A stretch of DNA of 64,000 bases, taken from the NCBI GenBank assembly GCA_021159015.1, contig JAGGSQ010000069.1:1332-65331 (forward strand). Direction: 5' to 3'. The stretch is from Candidatus Omnitrophota bacterium (GTDB taxonomy: Bacteria; Omnitrophota; Gorgyraeia; Duberdicusellales; Duberdicusellaceae). A program made the translations under genes and the position numbers. Shown piece by piece: positions 9,623 to 19,114 of the stretch (the first letter of the stretch is position 1; every line of letters begins with the position of its first letter). The notes beneath the pieces were generated by a model, which was not told the DNA's origin, searched no databases, and was given only the letters and a program-made list of their open reading frames with translations.

Positions 9623-10850
9623 TTATTATAGCAGTAGAGACAATAATTGTAAAGTAACCGAACTTGTCTGCCAGGAAAGAAGCTAGAAACATAAAAAGCA
9701 AAAAAGCAAAATGCATCACTACCTCTAAAGAACTGAAGATTCTCCCCCAGAAATTCCCGTCACTCTTTTTATGAATAAGTGCATTGGCTCCCACTAGAAT
9801 AGGAGAAGCAAAACTACCTAAAAAGAAAGAAAATACCGAAGCTGTTATACGAGAAGGATTATATTTAAGCGAAAGAGCAAACATAATCAAAATTAGACTA
9901 TCAACGAACAACATCAGATAGATACTACGCGAAGCAGAAAAACGATCTCCAATCCGCCCGTAAACTAAGGAACCCACAAACAGCCCCATCCCCAGCCAGA
10001 TAGCTAAAAATCCCAAATCTTTAGTAGCACTATGAAGCTGAGATTGAATAAAAGCAATAAATACCGCATACAAAGAACCTAAAAAAGAAAATAAAATAAA
10101 AAACACCTTGAGACTAAATACGGTATCTTTGTGAGAAACAATATATTTTATTCCTTCTTTAAACTCATTTAAAAGAGACTTTTCTCTCTCTACAATCTCA
10201 CGACTTAGTTTAAGCACGTCTTTGGATATCTGAGCCAGATTGTGGGCTTTAAGAGGCAGGGGGATTAAAAATACACACAAGCTAGATAAGAAAAATGTGC
10301 CTGCATCTATCAAAAATCCTCCTTTGGGCCCCCACCTCTCTACAATCAGTCCTCCTAACCCCAGGCCGAACACGGCAGCTACATTAGCTGTAACAGAGAT
10401 CAAAGAATTTGCTAAATAAATATCGCCTTTTGTAGTTAAATTAGGCACTAAAGACATCTTGGCGGGAATAAAGAACCTACCGGCGGCGGAAGCCAACAAT
10501 ATCGTTAGATAAATCGGAATCATGCTTTTTATGCGGAGCATAAAAAGAGCCAAAACTAAAACAATAACACCTCTTAAAAAGTCAGAAACAAACATAGTAA
10601 TACGTTTATCCCATCTATCTACGTAAACGCCGGCTAAAGGATTTATCAACAATACCGGCAAGATAACAAAAAACATAATTTTGGTAAGAGCTAAGGCATT
10701 GACTCCTCCACTACGTTTGTAGACTAAACCAATAATAGCCATCTGAGTGAGGCGGTCGCCAAACTGAGAAATTATTTGGCTTAACCACAAAAGAAAAAAA
10801 CCTCTCTTGCTTAAAACATGGAGATAAGGTTTAAATGTCTTATCAAACAT
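9564..10850 (-). CDS. MFS transporter
   Basis: 428 aa with about 12 predicted TM segments and MFS-like loops. Lies upstream of the rnf operon on the same strand. Confidence 0.75.
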   Translation of the reverse strand: MFDKTFKPYLHVLSKRGFFLLWLSQIISQFGDRLTQMAIIGLVYKRSGGVNALALTKIMFFVILPVLLINPLAGVYVDRWDKRITMFVSDFLRGVIVLVLALFMLRIKSMIPIYLTILLASAAGRFFIPAKMSLVPNLTTKGDIYLANSLISVTANVAAVFGLGLGGLIVERWGPKGGFLIDAGTFFLSSLCVFLIPLPLKAHNLAQISKDVLKLSREIVEREKSLLNEFKEGIKYIVSHKDTVFSLKVFFILFSFLGSLYAVFIAFIQSQLHSATKDLGFLAIWLGMGLFVGSLVYGRIGDRFSASRSIYLMLFVDSLILIMFALSLKYNPSRITASVFSFFLGSFASPILVGANALIHKKSDGNFWGRIFSSLEVVMHFAFLLFMFLASFLADKFGYFTIIVSTAIIIAVFSASSFIKHNVRSSPL

Positions 10851-10882
10851 AAATTATGGCAGATGCTGGTTGTTAAAGAAAA

Positions 10883-10954
10883 GCCCGCGAGAGGATTTGA
10901 ACCTCCGACCTGAGCATTACGAATGCCCTGCTCTCCCAACTGAGCTACGCGGGC
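10883..10954 (-). tRNA. tRNA-Thr (anticodon CGU)
   Basis: Reverse complement is GCCCGCGTAGCTCAGTTGGGAGAGCAGGGCATTCGTAATGCTCAGGTCGGAGGTTCAAATCCTCTCGCGGGC. It has a 7-bp acceptor stem, a D-arm TAGCTCAGTTGGGAGAGC, anticodon loop TTCGTAA and a T-loop TTCAAAT. Confidence 0.8.
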
Positions 10955-10989
10955 AGAAATCTTTCATATCCCGTGATTAATAGAAAGGG

Positions 10990-11178
10990 TTAACGATTAT
11001 AGGGATTTTCTTCTTTGTCTGAATAACCTTCTGCTGCCCCTTCGGTTATGCCGCCCAAAGCTTTTGTCCCTTTCCCTACATATTCGCCAGCTTTCTGGGT
11101 CGTTTGGTGAACGGTTTCACACCCTAGAAAAGCAAACAACCAGAGAAAACAAAGAAGAAAACCTAAAAATATTTTCAT
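10990..11178 (-). CDS. small lipoprotein (62 aa)
   Basis: Signal peptide with an AFLGC lipobox. A strong RBS (AGGAGGAAAT) precedes the ATG. Lies immediately downstream of the CsgG-like gene. Confidence 0.65.
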   Translation of the reverse strand: MKIFLGFLLCFLWLFAFLGCETVHQTTQKAGEYVGKGTKALGGITEGAAEGYSDKEENPYNR

Positions 11179-11193
11179 ATTTCCTCCTAAACT

Positions 11194-12096
11194 TTAAGTG
11201 TTAGGTTGAGTCACTAAATCATCCTTTTGAATCCCCTCACTGGCGCTGATAATTTTTGCCTTAGAAAATTTATCCTGGACCTCTGTAACCTGTATTTCAC
11301 CTATCTTCTTAGATTCTCTTCCTAGTTCCATTCCTGTATCAGGATCAACTAACACTTCTCCTTCCCGAAGAACAAAGAAAATGTTGCCTGATTGCACGCC
11401 GGTATTGCGGCCCGCATTTATATATACCTGGTTATTCTTAACCAGAACCACCCTTCCCTTCCAGGGAATATGCGACATCTTATCGGCAATATATACTACA
11501 GCTCTATCTATGGCCATCTGTACCGCTTTGCCCAAGGGTGTCTTTTTAAAATTGGAGGTATCCAGGCTAAACGAGCCACTATAACCTAAAGAAAACCCTG
11601 AAGCATTGGCATTGCCTTCCACGCGTTTAGAATCAATGATTTCACCTGTAGTAGAATCTACCAGTTGAATGATGACGGCTACATGTGCGGAAGATTTTCG
11701 CGCACTCAAGCTAAAGCCATGAATACTTAAGCCCTGGCCTCCTCCGGAAGTATTCTCCTCAAATTCGGTAATTTTACCTTTAATTAGAATTTGGGCGGGG
11801 ATAATCTTCCCCAGGCGCGCCGCGTGAGCTTTAGCAAAACGATTGGAGTTAGCCAGATCCTGCTCCGCCATAACCGTATTAAGACTTTTACGGCTCAGAA
11901 CAATAAACTTCCCCGACTGGATTAAAGCATCAGAAAGTTGCATAGAAAAGTCTCGACCTAAATTAGGCAGGCTGTTGTAGCCGGAGTCATTACTGAAATC
12001 AATCACCGCTACTGTCTTCTTCATAGCTGAGAGCCCATAGACATTAAAAACCAGACAGAATATTAAGAAAAAAACTCCTAAAGCTTTTTCTTTCAT
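11194..12096 (-). CDS. CsgG-family (curli production assembly/transport component-like) lipoprotein
   Basis: KKTVAVIDFSNDSG...AEQDLANS... is characteristic of the CsgG/DUF-CsgG family. N-terminal signal/TM. I placed the start at MKEKALGV (ATG 12096), which is preceded by GAGGAGGTGGGT. Confidence 0.65.
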   Translation of the reverse strand: MKEKALGVFFLIFCLVFNVYGLSAMKKTVAVIDFSNDSGYNSLPNLGRDFSMQLSDALIQSGKFIVLSRKSLNTVMAEQDLANSNRFAKAHAARLGKIIPAQILIKGKITEFEENTSGGGQGLSIHGFSLSARKSSAHVAVIIQLVDSTTGEIIDSKRVEGNANASGFSLGYSGSFSLDTSNFKKTPLGKAVQMAIDRAVVYIADKMSHIPWKGRVVLVKNNQVYINAGRNTGVQSGNIFFVLREGEVLVDPDTGMELGRESKKIGEIQVTEVQDKFSKAKIISASEGIQKDDLVTQPNT

Positions 12097-12106
12097 ACCC
12101 ACCTCC

Positions 12107-12727
12107 TCAATTCTGACAATAGTGTTCTTTGAAAAACTCCAGTTCCTGATAACTGTCAAAAGATTTAATCTCGCCACTTTGGGGTGAATAAAGATAGTAA
12201 ACTTTCTGTTTCTGCTGCGGTAGATAATCTTTTATCAGAATATACTTTTGCGGTTGAGATAAATTCTGGCAGGAGATAATATCAGCAGAACCAGCCGTAG
12301 TAACTAACGTCCGGGTCTTTGAGGTCAGATTTACTTCGTAAACTTGAAAATTATCGCCACAGGGTAAGGTATAAAAAACAACGTCTTCCTGTGGTCCAAA
12401 CGCGAACCCTTCGGCTTCTTGATTCTCGCCGTTTATAGGATAACGTACGACAATATTCTGAGAACTGTCGCTGGTATTAGTTATTAAAATCGTTTCATAA
12501 CCAGAAGGAGCACCCTGAACCTGCGTTTTCTTAATTGCCCATTTTTTAGAAGGAGACACAGCTATAAACTGATTATGGGTATAATCAATAAGTTTCTTCT
12601 CGCCCTTTTCATTTTCAACTATTATCTTGCCGCCCTCTATATAGGCTTTATTCTGAGCAAAAATATAACTTCTGCCCGGAATAAAAAGCAAAATTCCTAG
12701 AATTATCCCTACTATTTTAGAACTCAT
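12107..12727 (-). CDS. secreted hypothetical protein
   Basis: Signal peptide [18 protein letters not shown]. The longer ORF-track N-terminus is Arg-rich and unlikely to be coding. Same strand as, and upstream of, the CsgG-like gene. Confidence 0.55.
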   Translation of the reverse strand: MSSKIVGIILGILLFIPGRSYIFAQNKAYIEGGKIIVENEKGEKKLIDYTHNQFIAVSPSKKWAIKKTQVQGAPSGYETILITNTSDSSQNIVVRYPINGENQEAEGFAFGPQEDVVFYTLPCGDNFQVYEVNLTSKTRTLVTTAGSADIISCQNLSQPQKYILIKDYLPQQKQKVYYLYSPQSGEIKSFDSYQELEFFKEHYCQN

Positions 12728-13245
12728 TATACCTCTCCTAATTATTTTAATTAAAACCCTCTTAGGTCTTTCGCCGTCAAATTCACCGTAGAATATCTGC
12801 TCGCCGGGGCCTAAATTCAGCAAACCTCTCACTACTACCTCACGCCTCATAACAGTCCGCCGCAAGTGAGCACAAGCATTGTCTTCGTTACTAAGGCTAT
12901 AGCGATAATTTCCTGCTTGAGGAACAATCCTTCTCTTATCCCGCTTTTCTTTACTATCTCCTCACCTTATGCGTAATACTTATAAATTCAGCCCGCCTCT
13001 TAGTATTAAAGTATTAAATAGAAATTTAGTTCTTCTATAGCTGAAGATAGATTCTGAGAAAAATTATTTACTTCTTCTGCTGCCTCCACAGACTCTCTCA
13101 CTACTAAGGCAAGATTCTGAATCATCCTGGTAGTACTTCTTGCTATTTCTTCTATTTCTCTAAGGTAGCAGATAAAATCTCAGGTGTAATTTTCACTCAT
13201 TTACATTATACTTTCTACGGGCCAAAAATCAAATCACTCTTTTTT

Positions 13246-13809
13246 CTATTCTCTATGAGAAAATATAAGTCTTAACGCTTCTTGTCTTGTCTTAGAATTC
13301 CGGCGGAAAACCCCTCTTACCACAGAAGTCACAGTAAGACTGCCGGGTTTTTTTACCCCTCGCATAACCATACATAAATGTTCTGCTTCCACTACTACCA
13401 TAACCCCTTTAGGACTAAGTTTCTTCATTATAACATCCGCTATCTGAGTAGTAAGCCTTTCTTGCACCTGGAGGCGGCGTGCCAAAGTATCGGCCACCCG
13501 TGCCAGCTTGCTTAAACCAGTTATGCGGCTGTCCGGTATATAAGCTATATGCGCACGGCCAAAAAAAGGCAGAAGATGATGCTCACAAAGGGAATATATA
13601 GGTATATCTCTAACCAAAATTATTTCATCATGGCGTTGCTCTAAAATTACATTGATTTCGTCTTCTACTTTTTTCTCTTCTCCTTTCAATATCTCCGCAT
13701 ACATCTCTGCCACGCGCTGAGGCGTCTTGGCTAAATCTTTATTCTTCAAATCTTTGCCCAGCGCTAACAAAAGCATTTGGGTAGCTTTAACAATTGCCTT
13801 CTTATCCAT
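13246..13809 (-). CDS. folE: GTP cyclohydrolase I
   Basis: IPIYSLCEHHLLPFFGRAHIAYIP contains the CEHH zinc motif. 187 aa. Confidence 0.9.
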   Translation of the reverse strand: MDKKAIVKATQMLLLALGKDLKNKDLAKTPQRVAEMYAEILKGEEKKVEDEINVILEQRHDEIILVRDIPIYSLCEHHLLPFFGRAHIAYIPDSRITGLSKLARVADTLARRLQVQERLTTQIADVIMKKLSPKGVMVVVEAEHLCMVMRGVKKPGSLTVTSVVRGVFRRNSKTRQEALRLIFSHRE

Positions 13810-15179
13810 TATTTACCTATACAAAAATCTCTAAAGACCTGCTCCAGCACATCGGCATTCTTATATACACCTTGTATATTATACAGCTTCTCCACAGCAG
13901 CCTGAAGCAAAAAATATGTTTTATCTAAATTAAACTTCAAGTTTTCTTTAGCCTGCTTTAGATAAGATAAAGCCTCTTCCATAAGCTGCTGCTGGCGCAG
14001 ACTCCCTAGATATACTTCATTCTTATTCAAATTAGAAGCTGACAATCTCTTGACTATCATCTTTTCTAAACGAGAAATTCCTTCTTTGGTCTTGGCGGAA
14101 ACTCTCACCTGAGGAACTCTTATTTGTCTCATATAGGGGGAAGAAAGACGGGTCTTCAAATCACACTTGTTAATAACTAAAACAGAATTAGACTGGTGGC
14201 TACTAATAAATTCTTTTTCCTCTTTAGTTAAGGAAGAGGAATTATCAATTACCACTAGCAGAATATCAGCTTCTTTTATTATCTGCTGAGATTTATTTTG
14301 GGCTTTCTCTTCTAAAAAATCATTCTTCCGCCCCAGGCCGGCTGTATCTACTAACCGCAAAGTGTAACCGCCTAAATTAAATTCTTCCTCAATAGTATCG
14401 CGGGTAGTACCGGCTAAAGTACTCACTATAACTCTCTCCTTATCTAAAATAGCATTAAATAAAGAAGACTTTCCCACATTAACTCGGCCGCACAAAACAC
14501 ACCTAAACCCTTCATACCAGCGCCGCATAGTACGGCTGCCCTTAGCTAACTTCTCTATCTGGCCTATAATGCCTGAGAGTATTTTTTCTATATCTCCCCT
14601 CTCTAGCTCTATATCTTCCAGAGGAAAACCTATACTTGCCTGGAGAGTAGCTAACATTTTTTCCAGCTTCTTAATGAAAGAACTTAATTTCTGGGAGAGA
14701 CCTCCTTCTAACTGTCTCAAGCTTTGCCTCAGGGTCCAATCATTCTTAGCGCGTGAGATATTATTAATTGCTTCCGCTTGTATCAGGTCTATTCTTCCCA
14801 GAAGATAAGCCCGTTGGGTAAATTCGCCTGGTTCTGCCAGACGCGCTCCTGCTCTAAGTGCTAAATTTAAAACTTTATTAAGAACGGCTGGCCCCGAATG
14901 AGTGTATATTTCTACCACATCCTGACGCGTATAGCTATGAGGGGCTTTCATTATGCTTATTAATACTTCATCTACTATCTCGCCGCCAGATTTTATCCAT
15001 CCGTAATGAAGAGTGTAGGTTTTTGCTTTTCTAATATTTTTAGGGCGCGCGGGGGAAAAAACTCTGGCAGCAATATCCAAAGCCTTCCTGCCAGAAATCT
15101 TTATTATCCCAATTGCCGCTCTCTGAGGGAAAGTGGCTAAAGAAGCAATGGTATCGTCTAAATTGTATTTCTTTTGCAT
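13809..15179 (-). CDS. mnmE: tRNA uridine-5-carboxymethylaminomethyl modification GTPase
   Basis: G-domain motifs GRVNVGKSSLFNA, DTAGL and NKCD. C-terminal CIGK. N-terminal THF-binding-domain-like region. Confidence 0.9.
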   Translation of the reverse strand: MQKKYNLDDTIASLATFPQRAAIGIIKISGRKALDIAARVFSPARPKNIRKAKTYTLHYGWIKSGGEIVDEVLISIMKAPHSYTRQDVVEIYTHSGPAVLNKVLNLALRAGARLAEPGEFTQRAYLLGRIDLIQAEAINNISRAKNDWTLRQSLRQLEGGLSQKLSSFIKKLEKMLATLQASIGFPLEDIELERGDIEKILSGIIGQIEKLAKGSRTMRRWYEGFRCVLCGRVNVGKSSLFNAILDKERVIVSTLAGTTRDTIEEEFNLGGYTLRLVDTAGLGRKNDFLEEKAQNKSQQIIKEADILLVVIDNSSSLTKEEKEFISSHQSNSVLVINKCDLKTRLSSPYMRQIRVPQVRVSAKTKEGISRLEKMIVKRLSASNLNKNEVYLGSLRQQQLMEEALSYLKQAKENLKFNLDKTYFLLQAAVEKLYNIQGVYKNADVLEQVFRDFCIGK

Positions 15180-16513
15180 AATAGGACTCTTGCCTCAGCC
15201 ACCAAATAGGTTGAACCGGTTATCAATAATAGCCCGTCTCTACCCGCCAAACCAAAAGCCTGCTTTATTGCTTCTGAGAGATTAGAGGTAATAATTGCCT
15301 TTTTGATTTCCAGGCGCCTCTTAAGTTCAGAAGGAGTTAGAAGACGCATATGGGCAAGGTGAGGAAAAATTACTGCCTTTGCTTCCTTTAGCAATTGTTT
15401 GATTTTCCCAACTTTTTTATCGCGGGCCAGCGCAAAAATAACAATAAATTGCCTATGGTAATAACATTCTAAGTTGTGAAAAAGACGTTCTAAAGAGAAG
15501 CTATTATGAGCTATATCTAAAATAACCAGAGGTTTCCTCTTTACTATTTCCCAGCGGCCGGGAAGGGCAAGTTTTTCTAAAGCTATTTTTGCCGCGCCAG
15601 AGGAGAATTTTCTTTTATGTCTATGAAGAAAGACTTTTGCTGCGCCCAGAGCTAAAGCAGCATTTTCTACTTGATAGTCTCCCCTCTGCTTAAGAGAAAA
15701 AGGGCCGCATTTTTCCTTATTAAAAGAGAACCAGAAACGGCTCTGTTGCGGACTAATTTGCACGCGGGAGGGATAAAAATCCTGTCCTTGTATATATAAA
15801 GGTGCTTTGCGGGCAATGCTTATCTGGCGAATAACTTCTAAAGCCGCGGTATGATGTTGATTAGTTAATACCGCTCCTCCTTCTTTTATGATACCAGCTT
15901 TAGCCTGAGCAATAGAGATTAGGGTGTGGCCTAATATCTCTTCATGGTCGTAATCAATTGGAGTAATTACGGCTAATTCATTTTGCGGGGATACATTAGT
16001 AGCGTCTAACTTTCCTCCTAAACCTGTCTCCAGTACTGCCAGGTTTACCTTCTTCTTCTGGAAATAATAAAAACCTAAAGCCGTAATCAATTCAAAAAAA
16101 CTAAGTCCCCTGCCTTTAGAAGAATAGTAAAAGCTCATAACGGCTTGAGAATAACGATGCCAGAACTCAGAAATATCTCTTGGGGAGATACATAAGTTTT
16201 TTATCTCTCCCTTTCTATAATAAACTATCCTTATTCTTTCCCGCCAGATAGAAAGATGTGGCGAAGTAAAAAGCCCTACCTTTAAGTGGTGAGCGCTCAA
16301 AATAGAGGCAAGAAAAATAGCTACTGATCCTTTACCTTTTGTACCGGCTATCTGGACTAAGCACAAAGAAGAGGGACTGAGCTTAAGCGTTTTCAATAAC
16401 TGCCGCAGACGCTGAAGCTTTAAGGAAGCAAGTTTGAATCTATCTCGCTGCTTTTCGTAATTTACTAACGCTTCCAAAAAGGACATTGCCTGTTTATAAT
16501 ACGATTTTCCCAC
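15158..16513 (-). CDS. folC: bifunctional folylpolyglutamate synthase / dihydrofolate synthase
   Basis: The Mur ligase family P-loop GTKGKGS. 451 aa. Confidence 0.85.
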   Translation of the reverse strand: MGKSYYKQAMSFLEALVNYEKQRDRFKLASLKLQRLRQLLKTLKLSPSSLCLVQIAGTKGKGSVAIFLASILSAHHLKVGLFTSPHLSIWRERIRIVYYRKGEIKNLCISPRDISEFWHRYSQAVMSFYYSSKGRGLSFFELITALGFYYFQKKKVNLAVLETGLGGKLDATNVSPQNELAVITPIDYDHEEILGHTLISIAQAKAGIIKEGGAVLTNQHHTAALEVIRQISIARKAPLYIQGQDFYPSRVQISPQQSRFWFSFNKEKCGPFSLKQRGDYQVENAALALGAAKVFLHRHKRKFSSGAAKIALEKLALPGRWEIVKRKPLVILDIAHNSFSLERLFHNLECYYHRQFIVIFALARDKKVGKIKQLLKEAKAVIFPHLAHMRLLTPSELKRRLEIKKAIITSNLSEAIKQAFGLAGRDGLLLITGSTYLVAEARVLLCKRNTI

Positions 16514-16904
16514 TTTGGATAAACCTTCTTATTTTTACGTCCAGCGGCGCAAAATTAACTGCTGAGAGTTCTTTTGGGGTAATAAATCTGAAACTCGCAC
16601 ATTCTCTTGCTTCTATTTTTCCTCCCTTTAAAAAACAACGGTAAAGATGCACCTTTATTTTTATCTCCTCGTTCTCATCAAAAAATACTCCCAAAGGCTC
16701 GCCTACTTCTATTTCTATATTAAGCTCCTCTTTAATCTCGCGCTTCAAAGCCTGCCAATGGCTTTCTCCTCTCTCTACCCTTCCTCCCGGAAACTCCCAT
16801 AAAAGTCCATAGCTATCTTTTGCCTCGCGCTGAGCAATAAGAATCTTCCCCGCATGAACCAATAAACATGCTACTATTTCTAAAATCTCTTTGGCTTTCT
16901 TCAT
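16494..16904 (-). CDS. NUDIX hydrolase (MutT-like)
   Basis: Nudix box GGRVERGESHWQALKREIKEELNIE (GX5EX7REUXEEXGU). Confidence 0.85.
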   Translation of the reverse strand: MKKAKEILEIVACLLVHAGKILIAQREAKDSYGLLWEFPGGRVERGESHWQALKREIKEELNIEIEVGEPLGVFFDENEEIKIKVHLYRCFLKGGKIEARECASFRFITPKELSAVNFAPLDVKIRRFIQSGKIVL

Positions 16905-16913
16905 AGAGAAATA

Positions 16914-18437
16914 TTAATGACGGAAATGACGTAGCGAGGTAAAAATCATAGAAAGATTCAGCTTGTCGGCTAACTTAATCAAATCTTTGTCCTTAAGCGA
17001 ACCTCCTGGCTGGATTAAAGCTTTAATTCCCGCAGATTTTGCTAATTCCAGATTGTCTTCCTTAGGGAAAAAACCGTCAGAAGCTAATACCGCTCCCTGC
17101 GTAGACTGACAAGATTTTCTGATGGCGATTTCCATAGCGCCAATGCGCGAAGGCTGGCCGCAGCCAATCCCTAAAGTCCTAAGGTTTTTAGCTACGACAA
17201 TAGCGTTGGACTTTGTATATTTGGCTACAAACCAAGCGAAAAGCAAATCTTCTATTTCTCTCGCCGTAGGCTTTTTTTTGGTTACAATCTGAAGCTTATG
17301 ATTATCTATAACCAATAAATCTTCTTCCTGAATTAAATAACCAAATGCGGTTTTTCTTATTTGTTGATTCGAGTTATGCTTCTTAAAATCAGCCTTAATC
17401 AAACGCAGATTCTTCTTTTCTCTCAATATATCTAAAGCTTCCCGGCTAAATCCCGGCGCTATTACCGCTTCTCGAAATCCACTTCTTATAACAGCTCTTG
17501 CCGTTTTCTCATCTACTTCCTTATTAAGGCCGATGATTCCTCCAAAACTGGAAAGGGCATCGCTCATAAAAGCCTTCCGGTAAGCTAAAACCAGATTGCC
17601 GGCCAGAGCTACGCCGCAGGGATTACCATGTTTTATTACGCAAGCGGCAGGCAATCTTTTAAAATAACGCACTAAAGACAGAGCTGCATCCAAATCCAGG
17701 AAATTGTTGTAAGAGAGCTCTTTGCCGCCTAATTGTTCAAAACTTACCTCGCCGCCGATTTTGTAGAGAGCAGCTTTCTGTTGAGGATTCTCGCCGTAGC
17801 GCAAAGAGTGATGTCTCCTAAAAACAACCTTTTTTGTCTCCTTATTAGACGCGGCCAGAAACTCAGCAATGGCAGAATCATACTGACTGACAAATGCGAA
17901 TGCTTCGCCGGCCAGCTTCTTTCGCAAAGCTAAAGACAGCTTCCCCCTTTCTCCCACTAATTCCCCCGCCACCATTTTATATTGGGAAGGACTACTAATT
18001 ACGGCTACGGACTGAAAATTTTTTGCCGCAGCGCGCAACATAGTAGGCCCGCCGATATCAATATACTCCTGCATCTGCTCCAGAGTAAGATTCTCGCGCC
18101 GTTTTTCTAGAAAAGGATAAAGATTTACTACCACCAAATCAAAAGGAGATATGCCTATTTTCTTAAGCTCGGCCATATGACGCGCATCATCTTTACGCGC
18201 TAAAATTGCGGCATGAATCAGAGGATGGAGCGTCTTTACTCTACCTCCTAACAATTGAGAAAACCCTGTTATCTTCTCTATATTTTGGGCTTTTATGCCT
18301 CTTGCTTCCAGAAAACGCCATGTGCCTCCGCTAGAATAAATCTCTATGTTAAATTTCGCCAAAGTCTGGCAAAAATCCCCTAAACCCCTTTTATCCCAAA
18401 CGCTCACTAAGGCTTTTTTAATCTCCAGATTCATCAT
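16914..18437 (-). CDS. purH: bifunctional AICAR transformylase / IMP cyclohydrolase
   Basis: N-terminal MGS-like domain (ALVSVWDKRGL...SSGGT) followed by the AICARFT domain. 507 aa. Confidence 0.9.
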   Translation of the reverse strand: MMNLEIKKALVSVWDKRGLGDFCQTLAKFNIEIYSSGGTWRFLEARGIKAQNIEKITGFSQLLGGRVKTLHPLIHAAILARKDDARHMAELKKIGISPFDLVVVNLYPFLEKRRENLTLEQMQEYIDIGGPTMLRAAAKNFQSVAVISSPSQYKMVAGELVGERGKLSLALRKKLAGEAFAFVSQYDSAIAEFLAASNKETKKVVFRRHHSLRYGENPQQKAALYKIGGEVSFEQLGGKELSYNNFLDLDAALSLVRYFKRLPAACVIKHGNPCGVALAGNLVLAYRKAFMSDALSSFGGIIGLNKEVDEKTARAVIRSGFREAVIAPGFSREALDILREKKNLRLIKADFKKHNSNQQIRKTAFGYLIQEEDLLVIDNHKLQIVTKKKPTAREIEDLLFAWFVAKYTKSNAIVVAKNLRTLGIGCGQPSRIGAMEIAIRKSCQSTQGAVLASDGFFPKEDNLELAKSAGIKALIQPGGSLKDKDLIKLADKLNLSMIFTSLRHFRH

Positions 18438-19114
18438 ACGCTAAATTTTATTTCGATAACATCCCCATCTTCTACTACATAATCTCTATCTACGCTTTTT
18501 ACTAAACCTTTGACTCTGGCTTCAGCCATATTGAACACTTTCAAGAGCTCTGCGCAGTTAATGACTTCCCCCTTTATAAAGCCACGTGCCAGATCACTAT
18601 GAATTTTAGCCGCGGCCTTCAATATGTTTTCGCCCCGGCGCAGCGACCAGGCATGAACTTCTTTGGGACCGGCGGTATAAAAAAGGAGAAATCCCGACTG
18701 CTCAAAAATCTGACCTATTACCTCTTTTTCATCCTCCCCTTTCTCAATCTCCACACAAGGACGTAGACTGAGCAAATTTAAATCACGCACCCTCTCTTTC
18801 TCCTCAGGGCTAAGCACTTCTGCAAGCAATTTGTTCTGTTCTAAGGCTGTCTGGAGCTTAACTAACAGCTTTTTTTCTTCTTCCCCGGCTTTGGAAAGGC
18901 GTTTCTCTATTAGGTCTAAATCGTTAATAATTAAATCTATCTTCCTCTCTTTACTATAGGCGATAACATCAGCACCAGAAAGATGAGAAATAATCTCAAT
19001 AAAGTAAGGGGAGGTTTTTTTGGGTTTGTATTTCTCTGCTAACTTTTGAAAACACTCTGTGGTATATTTATATTTTCCCGCCGCAATATCCAGGCCTAAA
19101 GAGGCAACTTTCAT
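18434..19114 (-). CDS. YchF-like protein with a degenerate, shortened G domain (coiled-coil and TGS domains intact)
   Basis: C-terminal TAGPKEVHAWSLRRGENILKAAAKIHSDLARGFIKGEVI...DYVVEDGDVIEIKFSV aligns to the YchF TGS domain. The middle region, LSPEEKERVRDLNLLSLRPCV, also matches YchF. The N-terminus has GLDIAAGKY in place of GxxxxGK[ST] and EIIS in place of the DxxG motif. About 30 aa spanning switch I are missing. The start overlaps the EF-G paralog stop as ATGA. Confidence 0.7.
   Translation of the reverse strand: MKVASLGLDIAAGKYKYTTECFQKLAEKYKPKKTSPYFIEIISHLSGADVIAYSKERKIDLIINDLDLIEKRLSKAGEEEKKLLVKLQTALEQNKLLAEVLSPEEKERVRDLNLLSLRPCVEIEKGEDEKEVIGQIFEQSGFLLFYTAGPKEVHAWSLRRGENILKAAAKIHSDLARGFIKGEVINCAELLKVFNMAEARVKGLVKSVDRDYVVEDGDVIEIKFSV

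Noticed and set aside
12107-12865. Long N-terminal extensions offered by the ORF track (12107..12865, 23620..24573, 38574..39035, 38611..40209, 11194..12177)
   Set aside because: The extensions are Arg/Lys-rich or hydrophobic nonsense upstream of clear signal peptides or domain starts, and they overlap neighbouring genes. Internal starts with good RBSs fit better.
12866-13245. 380-bp intergenic region between folE and the upstream secreted-protein gene as a possible ncRNA
   Set aside because: No stable hairpins, no conserved-looking boxes and no ORF. It is probably a promoter/terminator spacer.
14569-14808. ORF antisense in mnmE, and similar antisense ORFs in purH (17733..17933), the EF-G gene (19763..19978, 20609..20905), the MMPL gene (30698..31351), the rSAM and ligase genes (35458..35793, 36852..37864), and gcvPA/gcvT (47829..48059, 49554..49836)
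   Set aside because: All are embedded antisense within confidently identified genes. None has motifs and all have biased composition.
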